Origin: an uncultured delta proteobacterium
Lineage (GTDB): Bacteria; Desulfobacterota; Binatia; UBA9968
Direction: 5' to 3'
Length of the DNA: 64,000 nt
Assembly: GCA_963816145.1 (NCBI GenBank)
Contig: CAWFJP010000003.1
Location: forward strand, 672,001 to 736,000
The position numbers and the translations under genes were made by a program. The notes under the pieces are model-generated. The model searched no databases. It was not told the DNA's origin and saw only the letters and a program-made list of their open reading frames with translations. Positions 30,958 to 43,669 of this stretch are shown here, in pieces (the stretch's first letter is position 1; every line of letters begins with the position of its first letter).

Positions 30958-31812
30958 TTACCGATTCGCCAAAACCTGCTTGCGCACCCATTCGGCAACA
31001 TCGCCGCGCCGAGCGAACCAAACATCCTTGTGGCTCTTTGCGTAGCTGATGATCTTCTCGAAAGTATCGATGAAGGGAATTCGCGAGATCAAATACGCGT
31101 GGGTGATGACGTTCATCATGGTCGGATTCTTGTCGCCAATCCGTAGACGGTAATCGAACTCGTCGGTGAATTTCTCGAAGAACTCCTGGCGCGTGCCCTC
31201 TTCCTGCATGCGATGATCGTTGATCGTATACTGATGCGGGAACTCGATAACTAATTTGTCACCGACCCAGATCGGATACGGCATCTCGTCATCGTGAAAA
31301 TCACAATGAAACTCTAAACCGGCTTCCGCTAGCAACTCCACCGTGTTGTCGGTCGGCCGCACACCCGGCGAAGACCAACCCTTGGGCCGTTCGCCGGTCA
31401 CTTTTACGATGGCATCGATGGTTTTGAGAATATTCTCGCGCTCCTGTTCGCGCGTCAGCATATACAGCCGCTCACCCTGGTCCCAACCATGGGCGACCAG
31501 CTCATGGCCGCGGTCGTAACAATCCTTAACCAGCTCCGGATAGTAGACACAGGTCAAGCCGTTCACTTGCACGCTAGTCTTAATGTCATAGCGATCGCAG
31601 ATATCGAGCAATCGTTTCAATCCGACTTTGGCGCCGAACTCACGAAAGGTCTCCGTCGACCAGTCCCGTTTCCATAACGCGTCTTTGGGCAGCGATGATT
31701 GCAGCGCCGCACCTTGGGTCGGTTTGGTTTTATCCCAGGCTTCGAAGGCGATTCCTAATACGAAAGCCACGCGGGCATTATTTGGCCATTTCAACGATTG
31801 GGGAACCGTCAT
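30958..31812 (-). CDS. Polysaccharide deacetylase family protein (PuuE-like)
   Basis: WPNNARVA, GHELVAHG, TGERPKGW.SP, VWFA. Confidence 0.85.
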   Translation of the reverse strand: MTVPQSLKWPNNARVAFVLGIAFEAWDKTKPTQGAALQSSLPKDALWKRDWSTETFREFGAKVGLKRLLDICDRYDIKTSVQVNGLTCVYYPELVKDCYDRGHELVAHGWDQGERLYMLTREQERENILKTIDAIVKVTGERPKGWSSPGVRPTDNTVELLAEAGLEFHCDFHDDEMPYPIWVGDKLVIEFPHQYTINDHRMQEEGTRQEFFEKFTDEFDYRLRIGDKNPTMMNVITHAYLISRIPFIDTFEKIISYAKSHKDVWFARRGDVAEWVRKQVLANR

Positions 31813-32074
31813 CGATCGTCCTTTCCTACACGCTAACGACGAAAGGCAGGCTGCCCGCGCGTCAACGCAGCGCGACGATAGCAATCGCTATTTCCGTTTG
31901 TCAATTGTCGGCGCGGGTTGGGTTACAACATACAGAACCGGCGGCCGGGCGGCAGCGATTCCCACGGTAAGATGATGTAGATGGAAGGCAGTGGAGGGCG
32001 CGATAATCGGAGCGGAATCATGACTGCACAAGAAACGGCGCTCAGCGCTGACCCGCCAATGAGAGCTTGGACCA

Positions 32075-32743
32075 TTAATTGGGGACTCGGGATAACCTAT
32101 GCTGCCGTCGACCGCTCTCCCAGGTCACATATAGCGTCGGATCACTGGGTGGTGGCAATTTGGAGCGGCTGCTCCGCTGCATATACATCTTCACCCAGTA
32201 GTTGTAGAAATAGTCGAAATCCTGAGTCTCTTTTTGCTCGCGCCCGTCAGCAGTGACATAGTCGATCGCAACCCAGCGATCCTTCACGGTCACGCCAAGC
32301 AAACGGCTGCCTTCACGCTTGTCGAGAAAACAACCGATACCGCGGAGAATCTGCGAGATGCTATAGGGATCCGGCATCTGGCTAGACTGCTTACGCCGTT
32401 CGCGGCTTTCGGTTTCGGAGTCAAGGAGATCGGTAATCGAATATTGCAGCTGGCGCACGGCGGGCTGCTGGCATCTCTTCCCAGCTCCGCTAAAGCCAAA
32501 AAACCGCCGCAGCAGGGACTGCGGCGCGGAATTTTGTTTGGCAACTTGCCCATGAATCGTGTAGACAGCGCCGTTCACCCTTAAGTCATACTCAGTGAAA
32601 CCGGCCTGCTGCAGCAGCGCGCCCAATGTTCTCAGAATACGGTCATGAGGGAAAAACTTGGTGGATTCGGTCAAATCCTCAGTAGCCCCAGATGGAACGT
32701 CGTATTGGGCGAGAGCAGAGTTTTGTGAATGAAATAGTTTCAT
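32075..32743 (-). CDS. Hypothetical protein with an internal two-fold repeat
   Basis: ILRTLGALL / ILRGIGCFL repeated motif; RBS AGGAG. Confidence 0.75.
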   Translation of the reverse strand: MKLFHSQNSALAQYDVPSGATEDLTESTKFFPHDRILRTLGALLQQAGFTEYDLRVNGAVYTIHGQVAKQNSAPQSLLRRFFGFSGAGKRCQQPAVRQLQYSITDLLDSETESRERRKQSSQMPDPYSISQILRGIGCFLDKREGSRLLGVTVKDRWVAIDYVTADGREQKETQDFDYFYNYWVKMYMQRSSRSKLPPPSDPTLYVTWESGRRQHRLSRVPN

Positions 32744-32783
32744 AGTCTGACTCCTGTACGAGCTGCCTTGCTATCTCTCGCTA

Positions 32784-32874
32784 CTGGCAACCCGGCAGTC
32801 AGACTCGGCTTCGATAAAACCTGGCTGATCCGTGGCTTTCCGCCCTCACCTCCGGGTGAGTTCGGCTTTTTCAG
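32784..32874 (-). ncRNA. c-di-GMP-I (GEMM) riboswitch-like aptamer
   Basis: Minus strand CUG-AAAAA-GCCGAA-CUCACC-cgga-GGUGAG-GGCGGAAAGCCACGGAUC...UGACUGCCGGGUUGCCAG matches GEMM architecture, with a compensatory C21-G46 pair. Confidence 0.78.
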
Positions 32875-32929
32875 GCGCGATGCTTCTTGGCGATAATTCG
32901 TCGGACCAGGGTCCGTGATAAACATTATC

Positions 32930-32945
32930 AGCAAGAGCGGTGCCA
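32930..32945 (-). promoter_or_regulatory. sigma54 -24/-12 promoter
   Basis: TGGCAC-CGCTC-TTGCT, a consensus match, upstream of the riboswitch. Confidence 0.75.
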
Positions 32946-33176
32946 CTCCTAAAAACTACAAGGACGGCGTTGAGCGTCCCGCGATTCCCAATCGTTGGCG
33001 TCGACGCTGACAGGGCTGACAAAGGGTCACGTCAAAACCGACAGGATGGAAATGCTAAACGTCACTTTGCCCGTTAAACCTGACCGTGGATGTTGCAAGT
33101 TAGCAAAACGAAGCGCGACGGCAATGTGCGAAAAAACCCAAGCCGGGCTACTGCGCCGCAGTAGCCTGCAAAAAGT

Positions 33177-34661
<1,485 letters not shown>

Positions 34662-34702
34662 CTCTAAGTCTTCTCTTTCTCTCAGCGATCGATTCTCTGC
34701 AC

Positions 34703-37700
34703 TCAGTTGCCGCTTACCCGCGACGCATCGTTCTTGTTGGCTTCGAACGCCGCCATCAGCGCTTCGTCGCCAACCAGCCCCTTGGCCTCGGCCACTTGCA
34801 ACGCCTCGACCACGCGACGGTAGTCCTTGGGCATGACCTTGACGAACTTGGGGGCGGTCTCCTGCCAGAGCGCCAGGAGCTGCCACGCCCGCGCGCTATG
34901 GGTGTAAACCGCGTGGCGCTTGAGCAACTCTTCGACTTCTTGCATGTCACGCTCATCGAGAATTTCTAAACTCACCGTCTCCAGATTGCAGCGGTTTTTG
35001 AACGTGCCATCTTCATCGAGCACGTAAGCGATACCGCCGGACATACCCGCCGCAAAATTGCGCCCGGTCTTGCCCAGCACGACCAATCTACCGCCGGTCA
35101 TATACTCGCAAGCATGGTCGCCGACACCTTCGACCACGGCGCGGACACCGCTGTTACGCACGCAGAAACGCTCGCCCGCCATGCCGCGGATGTAAGCCTC
35201 GCCATTGGTCGCGCCATAAAAGGCGACATTGCCGACGATGATGTTTTCCTCGGGCACGAAGGTCGAGCCTTCCGGCGGATAGAGCAACACCTTGCCGCCG
35301 GATAAACCTTTACCGAAATAGTCGTTGGCATCGCCTTCCAACTCGAGAGTAACTCCCGGCGGAATAAACGCGCCGAAACTCTGCCCCGCCGAGCCCTGGA
35401 AATGGAAATGAATCGTGTCCTCAGGCAAACCTTGCGGCCCGTATCGGCGCGTCACCTCGCTGCCGAGAATCGTGCCGACGACGCGGTTGGTATTGCGAAT
35501 ATCGAGCTTGGCTTTGACTTTTTCCTTGCGCTCCAATGCCGGCGCCGCCAAATCCAGCAACACCTGATTGTCGAGCGCATTCTCCAGACCATGATTCTGC
35601 GGGATCTGGCAATAGCGGCCGACTTCCGGGCCAGCTTTCGGCTGATAGAGAATCGCGGAGTAGTCCAGTCCTTGTGCTTTTAAGTGTGCGACAGCGCGGC
35701 GCATTTCGATGCGGTCCGAGCGGCCTACCATGTCATTGATAGTGCGAAAGCCGAGTTCGGCCATATGCTCGCGCATCTCCTGAGCGATAAAGCGCATGAA
35801 GTTGACGACATACTCAGGGTCGCCGGCAAACTTGGCTCGCAGTTCGGGATTTTGCGTCGCCACACCCACCGGACAAGTATCGAGATGGCACACCCGCATC
35901 ATGATGCAGCCCAAAGTCACCAGCGCCGTGGTGGCAAAACCAAACTCTTCCGCGCCCAGCAGCGCGGCAATCACGACATCGCGGCCGGTTTTCAATTGGC
36001 CATCGGTTTCCACCGCAATCCGGCTGCGCAAGTTATTGAGCACGAGGGTCTGATGCGTTTCGGCCAGACCCAACTCCCACGGCAAGCCAGCGTGCTTGAT
36101 GCTCGTCTGCGGCGACGCGCCGGTGCCGCCGTCATGGCCGCTGATCAACACGACATCGGCATGGCCCTTAGCCACGCCCGCCGCGATGGTGCCAACACCG
36201 ACCTCGGAAACCAGCTTCACGCTGATGCGCGCATGATGGTTGGCGTTCTTGAGATCGTGTATCAGCTGCGCCAAATCCTCGATGGAATAAATGTCATGGT
36301 GCGGCGGCGGTGAAATCAATCCGACTCCCGGCGTCGAGTGGCGCACCTTGGCGATCCACGGATAGACTTTTCGTCCCGGTAATTCGCCCCCCTCGCCCGG
36401 CTTGGCGCCTTGCGCCATCTTGATCTGCAGTTCTTTGGCCTGGGTGAGATAGTAACTGGTGACCCCGAAGCGGCCCGAAGCGACTTGTTTGATCGCGCTA
36501 TTTTTCGAGTCACCGTTGGCTTCGAGCACGTAACGCGCCGGATCTTCGCCGCCCTCGCCGGTGTTGCTCTTGCCGCCGATGCGGTTCATCGCCACCGCCA
36601 AGGCTTCATGGGCCTCTTTGCTGATCGAACCGTACGACATGGCGCCGGTCTTAAATCGTTTGACGATCTCGTCGACCGGCTCCACTTCTTCGATGGAAAT
36701 CGGCTTGTCGCCGTACTTGAGGCTCATCAAGCCGCGCAGCGTCGCGACCCGCTCCGACTGATCGTCGATCAGCCGGGTGTATTCTTTAAACGTCCGGTAA
36801 TCGTTGGTGCGCGCCGCCTTTTGCAGCAAATGAATCGTCCGCGGGTTGAACAGATGGAGCTCGCCATCTTTACGGTACTGATACTGGCCGTAGACTTCTA
36901 ACGTGTGGCCGTTGAACGGATAGGTCGGATAGGCCCGCGCATGCTGTTGCTGCGCCTCGCGCGCGACTTCTTCGAGGCCGATACCGCCGACGCGCGACGG
37001 CGTCCAGGAGAAATACTTATCCACCAGCTCGTGGCCCAACCCCACTGCCTCGAAAATTTGCGCACCGCAGTAAGACTTGATGGTCGAGATGCCCATCTTG
37101 GCCATCACTTTGACCACGCCCTTGTAGCAGGCTTTGTCGTAGCCCTTGACCGCGTCGTGATAGCTGATGTTTTGCAGCAGCCCTTGATGGATCATGTCAT
37201 TGAGACACTCATAGACGAGATAGGGATTGATCGCCTGAGCGCCATAACCGATCAGCAAACAGAAATGATGGACTTCGCGCGGTTCTCCCGACTCCAACAC
37301 CAAGCCCACGCGCGTGCGCGTGCCGGCGCGAATCAAATGATGATGCAACCCGGCCGTGGCGAGCAGCGCGGGGATCGGCGCGTGCGCGCGATCGACGCCC
37401 TTGTCGGAGAGAATGAGAATCGTCGCGCCGCCGGCGATCGCCTCATCCGCCGCTTTGAACAAATCATTAAGCGCGCGTTCCAAGCCAGCCTTGCCTTCGC
37501 TGGCATTGAACAAGATCGGCAGAGTGACGTTATTGATGCCGGGCATGTTGATCTGCCGGAGTTTTTCCAGATCGGAATTTTTCAGGATCGGCTCAGGCAA
37601 ACGCAGCTGCCGGCAGCTCTGCGGTCCCGGATTGACGAGATTGCCCTCGCTGCCAATCGTCAGGGTCGTTGAGGTAATCAACTCTTCGCGGATCGGATCG

Positions 37701-39301
37701 ATGGGCGGATTGGTCACCTGGGCGAACAGCTCTTTGAAATAGTTATAGAGCAGCTGCGGTTTGTCCGACAAAACCGCTAGCGGCGTATCCGTGCCCATGG
37801 AGCCCACCGGCTGGATGCTGTTTTGCGCCATGGGGCCGATATTGATGCGCAGGTCCTCGAAGTTGTAACCGAACGCCTGCAATCGTTGCAGCGTCGCCGC
37901 GTGATCGACCGCCGGCTCTTTATCCTTCATCTCCGGCAGATCGTTGAACCGGACCAAATTATCTTTGAGCCAATCGCCATAAGGCTGCGCCGCAGCCATC
38001 TGCTGCTTGATCTCTTCGTCGCTGATGATGCGCCCCTCGCTGGTGTCGACCAAAAACATCCGGCCCGGCTGCAACCGCCGTTTTTCCGACACGCGCTCCG
38101 GCGGCACGTCGAGCACGCCCACTTCCGAAGCCATGATAACGAGATCGTCCTTGGTCACGTAGTAACGCGAAGGCCGTAATCCATTGCGGTCGAGCACCGC
38201 GCCGACCACCGTGCCGTCGGTAAAAGCGATCGACGCCGGTCCATCCCAGGGTTCCATCAGGCAGCTGTGGAAATCGTAAAAGGCGCGCTTCTTGGCATCC
38301 ATGCTCTCGTGATTTTCCCAAGGCTCAGGGATCATCATCATCACGGCATGGGGCAAGGAACGGCCGCTCAAGGCCAAAAACTCCAAGCAGTTGTCGAACT
38401 TCGTCGAGTCGCTGCCGTCTTCCTGGATGATTGGAAACAATTTCTTCAAATCGTCGCCGAACATTTCCGACGCCAGCATGCCCTGGCGCGCATGCATCCA
38501 GTTCTCGTTGCCGCGCAGCGTGTTGATCTCGCCATTGTGAATCAAATACCGATAAGGATGCGCCCGCCCCCAACTCGGAAAGGTGTTGGTGCTGAATCGC
38601 GAGTGCACCAGCGCAATCGCCGATTCAACCTGGGGATCGGTGAGATCGGGGTAAAAGGTCGACACCTGGCGCGGCGTCAGCATGCCTTTATAGATCAAAG
38701 TCCGGCTCGATAGGCTCGGCACGTAGAACAAGTCCCCACCCGGCAGCCCTGCGTAGCGGATGGCATTTTCGGCGCGCCGCCGGATTACGTACAACTTGCG
38801 TTCGAACGCCAAGTCGTCCGTGATATCCGCACTGCGGCCTATGAACACTTGACGCACAAAGGGCTCGGTCGCTTTGGCGGTATCGCCCAGGTAAAGATTG
38901 TCCGTCGGCACTTTGCGCCAACCGAGACATTCCTGGCCCTCTTCTTTAACGATCGCCTCGATGATCTTCTCGAACTTCGGGCGCTGCTGGCGGTGATCGG
39001 GAAAGAAAATCATGCCGACACCATAGTCCCCCGGCTCCGGCAGTTTAAAGCCTAACCCGGCGCAGGCCTCTTTGAGAAAAACGTGCGGTACTTGCATCAG
39101 GATACCGGCGCCGTCACCGGTGTTCTCCTCGCAGCCGCAGGCACCGCGATGATCGAGGTTCTCCAATACCGTGAGCGCCTGCTCGACGATCTCGTGCGAT
39201 TTTTCGCCCTTGATATTGACGACGAAGCCGACACCGCAAGCATCATGCTCGAAGCGCGGATCGTAGAGACCCTGTTTTTCTGGCAATCCTGAAAGACTCA
39301 T
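34703..39301 (-). CDS. gltB: Glutamate synthase large (alpha) subunit
   Basis: [45 protein letters not shown]; 1532 aa. Confidence 0.98.
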   Translation of the reverse strand: MSLSGLPEKQGLYDPRFEHDACGVGFVVNIKGEKSHEIVEQALTVLENLDHRGACGCEENTGDGAGILMQVPHVFLKEACAGLGFKLPEPGDYGVGMIFFPDHRQQRPKFEKIIEAIVKEEGQECLGWRKVPTDNLYLGDTAKATEPFVRQVFIGRSADITDDLAFERKLYVIRRRAENAIRYAGLPGGDLFYVPSLSSRTLIYKGMLTPRQVSTFYPDLTDPQVESAIALVHSRFSTNTFPSWGRAHPYRYLIHNGEINTLRGNENWMHARQGMLASEMFGDDLKKLFPIIQEDGSDSTKFDNCLEFLALSGRSLPHAVMMMIPEPWENHESMDAKKRAFYDFHSCLMEPWDGPASIAFTDGTVVGAVLDRNGLRPSRYYVTKDDLVIMASEVGVLDVPPERVSEKRRLQPGRMFLVDTSEGRIISDEEIKQQMAAAQPYGDWLKDNLVRFNDLPEMKDKEPAVDHAATLQRLQAFGYNFEDLRINIGPMAQNSIQPVGSMGTDTPLAVLSDKPQLLYNYFKELFAQVTNPPIDPIREELITSTTLTIGSEGNLVNPGPQSCRQLRLPEPILKNSDLEKLRQINMPGINNVTLPILFNASEGKAGLERALNDLFKAADEAIAGGATILILSDKGVDRAHAPIPALLATAGLHHHLIRAGTRTRVGLVLESGEPREVHHFCLLIGYGAQAINPYLVYECLNDMIHQGLLQNISYHDAVKGYDKACYKGVVKVMAKMGISTIKSYCGAQIFEAVGLGHELVDKYFSWTPSRVGGIGLEEVAREAQQQHARAYPTYPFNGHTLEVYGQYQYRKDGELHLFNPRTIHLLQKAARTNDYRTFKEYTRLIDDQSERVATLRGLMSLKYGDKPISIEEVEPVDEIVKRFKTGAMSYGSISKEAHEALAVAMNRIGGKSNTGEGGEDPARYVLEANGDSKNSAIKQVASGRFGVTSYYLTQAKELQIKMAQGAKPGEGGELPGRKVYPWIAKVRHSTPGVGLISPPPHHDIYSIEDLAQLIHDLKNANHHARISVKLVSEVGVGTIAAGVAKGHADVVLISGHDGGTGASPQTSIKHAGLPWELGLAETHQTLVLNNLRSRIAVETDGQLKTGRDVVIAALLGAEEFGFATTALVTLGCIMMRVCHLDTCPVGVATQNPELRAKFAGDPEYVVNFMRFIAQEMREHMAELGFRTINDMVGRSDRIEMRRAVAHLKAQGLDYSAILYQPKAGPEVGRYCQIPQNHGLENALDNQVLLDLAAPALERKEKVKAKLDIRNTNRVVGTILGSEVTRRYGPQGLPEDTIHFHFQGSAGQSFGAFIPPGVTLELEGDANDYFGKGLSGGKVLLYPPEGSTFVPEENIIVGNVAFYGATNGEAYIRGMAGERFCVRNSGVRAVVEGVGDHACEYMTGGRLVVLGKTGRNFAAGMSGGIAYVLDEDGTFKNRCNLETVSLEILDERDMQEVEELLKRHAVYTHSARAWQLLALWQETAPKFVKVMPKDYRRVVEALQVAEAKGLVGDEALMAAFEANKNDASRVSGN

Positions 39302-39374
39302 AGGGTTATCCTTACAAACTTTATTTCCCTGCTTGTAATACTTTTAGCCGACATCGTGAAGCGCCCAACGAGTG

Positions 39375-39860
39375 CTATTTCTTCTTAGCGCTGGAGCTTT
39401 CGGCCAAACCGGCATCGAGGTCCAGCGCTTGGCTTTCCTTGGCCGTCGAGAGGACCACGTTGGTGACCGTGCGCGTCACCCCCTCGACCGAACGAATTTC
39501 ACCCAACAATTTTTCCAGCGAGCCGGTGTTGGCGGACTTCACTTTTAGAATGAAGCTCTCGTCACCGGTCACGTGATGACACTCCAAAACATCGCCATAA
39601 TGGAGCATCTGCCGGGCGAAGGCATCGATACCGCTCTGGTTGCCGATCGACACCCCGATGAAGGCGGTAATATCCTTGCCAACCTTTTTGCTGTCGATCA
39701 GCGCTTGGTAGCCTCGAATAACCCCGCTGGCTTCGAGCTTCTTTACCCGCTCCATAACGGCCGGCGCTGACAACTCCACCTCGTCGGCGATGTCGGCTAA
39801 ACGCTTGCGACCGTTATTTTGCAGAATATAAATGATTTTTAAATCTATTTGGTCAATCAA
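39375..39860 (-). CDS. Lrp/AsnC family transcriptional regulator
   Basis: IDQIDLKII..LQ.NGR, HTH, ECHHVTG; TTG start. Confidence 0.92.
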   Translation of the reverse strand: MIDQIDLKIIYILQNNGRKRLADIADEVELSAPAVMERVKKLEASGVIRGYQALIDSKKVGKDITAFIGVSIGNQSGIDAFARQMLHYGDVLECHHVTGDESFILKVKSANTGSLEKLLGEIRSVEGVTRTVTNVVLSTAKESQALDLDAGLAESSSAKKK

Positions 39861-39900
39861 GTTAAAAATCTTAAGCCTTTGCAGTTAAAAACTTAAAGTT

Positions 39901-39929
39901 TTTATGCCATCGAGCAAAAAGCTTGTCAA
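39901..39929 (-). promoter_or_regulatory. sigma70-type promoter for lrp-gltBD
   Basis: TTGACA-N17-CATAAA, followed by repeated GTTAAAAA(T)CTTAA elements. Confidence 0.55.
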
Positions 39930-40286
39930 GCAGCGGAGCGGAAAATTTGCTATTTGCCAAGAATTAACGGTGGAATTGCAGCCAGTTGCAACACGGGCAG
40001 GAGCTCAGCTGATCCGCCATGGCAGCGGAATTTCGACGGCTCTAAAATACGCAAGACCCCGGCAAGCGACCCAGATCTATGTAATGATTGGTCGACAGGT
40101 CATGTTGAGCTATTTTTTTTGTGGTTCCGAATAGCTGATTGCCGGTGTGCGGCTCCATCGATAGGCGGAAGGATTCCAACTCTCTACGCTCGATGAAACA
40201 CGTCATGCGGCCGTCGCCAGCAAGCGCCGGGCGCATCCACGCCATCACTTTTTTTTGAGTCGCCCGCTAGTCTCGCTAAGGTGGAC

Positions 40287-40952
40287 TCACATCAAGGGCA
40301 AGTCTACGGCCGCCGCATTCTCGCTATCGAGGGACCTGTTCAGCCACGGGCACTGTACGACCAGGCCAGGATTACCCTTGACCAAATGTTCGACAATCTG
40401 CCGCGCGCGCGGGTCGGTCGCGTCGGCATTGATCGCTTCCACCAGCACCCACGCCGCACCGATCAAATTGCCTTGTCCCTTGAGACTGATGCCGAGGTTG
40501 CGGAATGCGCTGGCCCTCGTCCAATCGATATCGATGGCTGCACGGCAGTACTTTTCCGCCTCAACATGTCGGTTAAGTTGGTTGAGACAAAAACCGATGT
40601 TGTTGTGCAACACATATTTGACCTTGCGCTTTCCCGGCCGCAGCGCCAACGCTGAATTGAAATGCTCCAGAGCAACCGCAAAGCGCTTTTCATCGGTCGC
40701 GATTTGGCCCAAAGCGAGATGGCAATGCGCCTGGTTCTCTGGGTTGCGGTTGGACTTGATGTAAGCATCGAGCAACTCGATGGCTTCGCTGATTTTATTG
40801 ATACCGCGGTAAAAACCGACGACGAAAAGCATCCAACGGAAGTATTCCTCCTCGGTGGTCGTGTTGTTTAGCCGTTGCAACAACAGACTCTCCGTATCGA
40901 GACTCTTATCTGGAACGTCGGCAGCTTCAGTCTTCTTTTCAGTGGTGCTCAT
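40287..40952 (-). CDS. Tetratricopeptide repeat protein
   Basis: HLALGQI, HNNIGFCL and FRNLGISL TPR helices. Confidence 0.85.
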   Translation of the reverse strand: MSTTEKKTEAADVPDKSLDTESLLLQRLNNTTTEEEYFRWMLFVVGFYRGINKISEAIELLDAYIKSNRNPENQAHCHLALGQIATDEKRFAVALEHFNSALALRPGKRKVKYVLHNNIGFCLNQLNRHVEAEKYCRAAIDIDWTRASAFRNLGISLKGQGNLIGAAWVLVEAINADATDPRARQIVEHLVKGNPGLVVQCPWLNRSLDSENAAAVDLPLM

Positions 40953-40965
40953 GGGGTCTGTTTAG

Positions 40966-40981
40966 AGCAAGCCTAGTACCA
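40966..40981 (-). promoter_or_regulatory. sigma54 -24/-12 promoter
   Basis: TGGTAC-TAGGC-TTGCT ending 13 nt before the TPR gene ATG. Confidence 0.6.
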
Positions 40982-41285
40982 GCCCCGAGCCAGGTCAAAA
41001 ACCGCCAAATCATCTGGCCAATGGCAAAACTAGAGCCGCAACCGCGGGAACTAATGAGAGAATCTACTCCTGGCTTGAGTAAACAAGGCGTCGGAGCCCG
41101 ACCGCAAGGATCATATTTTAGCTGGTTCAAGCGATGACAACTCATTCCCTTGAGATGTCCTCAAACGATGACGCGGGATCTGTTAGCAAATTTTACAGAT
41201 TACGGCAAAATCTAACGTCGCTGCTTAGCGCTCGGACAGGGTCGAGCCATATTTATCGGCTGAAAATCCGGTTGATATGGCTCGC

Positions 41286-42275
41286 CTACTTGTAGAGCCC
41301 GTCGATATACCCGGACTTATCGAACTCCTCGATGAAGCGAATATCCACAAAATCTTTTGCATTGGCGGTCTTGGCCGCCGGCAACCGTTTGCCGGCTTCT
41401 TCGAAGATCGGTTTGAAACCTTCCAGGTTCGGATAGGGTTTGGCTTGGATGAAGCTGCGCAACAGCTGGTAGGAATCTTCGAGATCTCGCTCGTCACGAA
41501 TCTGCATATGTTTGCCGATGGCGCGTTTGGCGACGGCGGGGTTATTGCGCATGAAGTGGATGCCGTCGATCATCGATTTCACCACGCGCCGGACGATGTC
41601 GGGATTTCGCGCGATAAACTTTTGGGTCGTATTGAGACCCGTCTGTTGCAAAACGATATCCATCTCTTGCATGTTCAACAGCACGCGCAAGCCCATCGCC
41701 GCCAGTTTCTTGTCGTAGGGCGGCTGCATGATCGCTGCGTCGATGTTTTTGCCCGTGGCCAAGCCGTTGACCAAAACGGGCACATCGCCGCTCTGCAGCA
41801 GGATCACATCCCTTTCCGCATCGAGGCCAAGGCGCGATAATAACAACCGCGTGGTCCAGTCGCTCACCGTGCCGAAGCGCGTAATGCCGATACGTTTGCC
41901 GCGAAGATCAGCCACCGTACGAATCTCCGGCCGCACCACCAAGCGATAAATCGGCTTATGCAAAAAACTCAGCAGCATAACGACATCGGCGCCCTGCAAC
42001 CGCGCCGGCGTCAGCAGGCTCGCCGAATAAACACACATCTGTATCTCGCCAGCGATCATCGCCGTCTGCCCCAGAGTGGTTTGCAAATAGAGGATCTCGG
42101 CGTCGATGCCGTTCTTTTCGAACAGCCGGCCCTCATGCGTCACCCACAACATCGAGTTGGTGACCGTCGCACCGGAATAGCCAATGCGAATCTTGTCGGC
42201 GGCAAAGGACAGCTGCGCTGGCAAAGAAAACATTACTACGGCAACAACGATGCAAGAGCGGCGGCGAATAAACAT
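41286..42275 (-). CDS. SsuA/THI5-like substrate-binding protein
   Basis: LFEKNGID, DLRGKRIGITRFG, DKSGYIDGLY. Confidence 0.9.
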   Translation of the reverse strand: MFIRRRSCIVVAVVMFSLPAQLSFAADKIRIGYSGATVTNSMLWVTHEGRLFEKNGIDAEILYLQTTLGQTAMIAGEIQMCVYSASLLTPARLQGADVVMLLSFLHKPIYRLVVRPEIRTVADLRGKRIGITRFGTVSDWTTRLLLSRLGLDAERDVILLQSGDVPVLVNGLATGKNIDAAIMQPPYDKKLAAMGLRVLLNMQEMDIVLQQTGLNTTQKFIARNPDIVRRVVKSMIDGIHFMRNNPAVAKRAIGKHMQIRDERDLEDSYQLLRSFIQAKPYPNLEGFKPIFEEAGKRLPAAKTANAKDFVDIRFIEEFDKSGYIDGLYK

Positions 42276-42387
42276 GAGAATCAGACCCTCACCCTACCCA
42301 TCGGAATGGGCGGGGTTGAGATTTTGTTGGTCGAGGATTTCTCCGAAACAATTGGAACGACTGGAACGTTTTGAACGATTGGAACTC

Positions 42388-43440
42388 TCAATCTTTGATT
42401 ATTTTAGTGACCGACCGCGTCGAACCACCCTCCGGCGTGCTCTGCCCCCAGACGTGGATATACTGGGACTGAGAGCCGTCGCCGCCGGCGACGATAACGA
42501 GAATATCTTCCGGCTTGTCGGTGACGGGAATGATACTGTCGCGGGTTAACTTCAGATCGGAGCGGCGCTTGACTCTTTGCGCGAAGGTCTCGTCAGGCAA
42601 GTCTTTCATACGGTAGGCGGCGCGCTCCCAGATAAACATTTGCACGTCCTTCTTGCTGAAGCCGTCACCGGCAATGATCTTGGCATGCTCCGGGCAAATA
42701 ACCATGATCGCTTCGGGACCGGACGGCCCCTCCATGCGTTGCGCGAAGTTAGTGAGAATGCCTTCGGCTTTGGAACTGTCGAGATCCGAAGCCCGCACCG
42801 ACGCGTCCGCGCTTATCACCGTTACAGTGCTATCGCTCGCCTTAAAGCCGCGCTCGACATGGAGCGGTTCCCACGGACTCACTTCTTCATTTTCGCCGAT
42901 ACAGATGGAATATTTTCCCGGCCACCCGAGCGTCGCCTTGCAGGTCGTGCCCGGAAGGGAACCGCCGATATTACGCTTGATCATCTGCACGAAACGGCCG
43001 ATGGTCGCGTTGGCGCGCCAGCCTTCACCGAGAGCGTTGGAGCCGCCGTTCACATTCAGCTGCTTGCGAACCGGACCGTTGATGATAGCCATCACCGCTG
43101 GCCCGCCGGTGGTGGCTTGGAGCGCGTAGAGATTGAGCTTGGGATCACAGAGCGCTTCCACGGTTGCGATCAAAGTCGGCATGTACTCGGGCTTGCATCC
43201 GGCCATGACGCCGTTGATGGCAATTTTCTCCACCGTGGCGGGCGCCCAGCGCGGCGGCACAGATCCGATAGCTTCATCAGGCTTGCGCTTGGTACCGGCG
43301 AGCATCTTCGCCACGCGCTCTTCGGTCGGAGGTATAACCGGTAGCCCATCGGACCAACCTTTTTCTACGAAGTATTCCTGCGCCTCCCAGATATCATCCG
43401 GAATTTCGATTCGCTCCGCCTGCGGTGTTGCCGTTGCCAT
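42388..43440 (-). CDS. Conserved protein of unknown function, UGSC-protein partner
   Basis: GWSDGLPVIPPT, TVEKIAINGVMAGCKPEY, RANATIGR, ENEE.SPW, CPEHA, VAGG; start MATATPQ at 43440. Confidence 0.8.
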   Translation of the reverse strand: MATATPQAERIEIPDDIWEAQEYFVEKGWSDGLPVIPPTEERVAKMLAGTKRKPDEAIGSVPPRWAPATVEKIAINGVMAGCKPEYMPTLIATVEALCDPKLNLYALQATTGGPAVMAIINGPVRKQLNVNGGSNALGEGWRANATIGRFVQMIKRNIGGSLPGTTCKATLGWPGKYSICIGENEEVSPWEPLHVERGFKASDSTVTVISADASVRASDLDSSKAEGILTNFAQRMEGPSGPEAIMVICPEHAKIIAGDGFSKKDVQMFIWERAAYRMKDLPDETFAQRVKRRSDLKLTRDSIIPVTDKPEDILVIVAGGDGSQSQYIHVWGQSTPEGGSTRSVTKIIKD

Positions 43441-43501
43441 AATTTGCCCCTCGACGATCGCCCTTGGTCGAAGACCAACGGGCGAGAATTTTCCCTGCGT
43501 C

Positions 43502-43583
43502 GTCATTCCCGCGAAGGCGGGAATCCAGTTTTTTGCCGTAGAACCCAAAGACGAAGATGAATACCGGCCTTCGCCGGTATGAC
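43502..43583. repeat. dRS3-like palindrome pair
   Basis: GTCATTCCCGCGAAGGCGGGAATCCAG facing ATACCGGCCTTCGCCGGTATGAC. Confidence 0.8.
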
Positions 43584-43669
43584 AGAACTGGGAATACAGA
43601 TATTTAGAAGCGTTTCGGGTTTCGAATCCCTGATTCAGCTCAAGTCTCGAAACCCGTAACCGATTTTTC

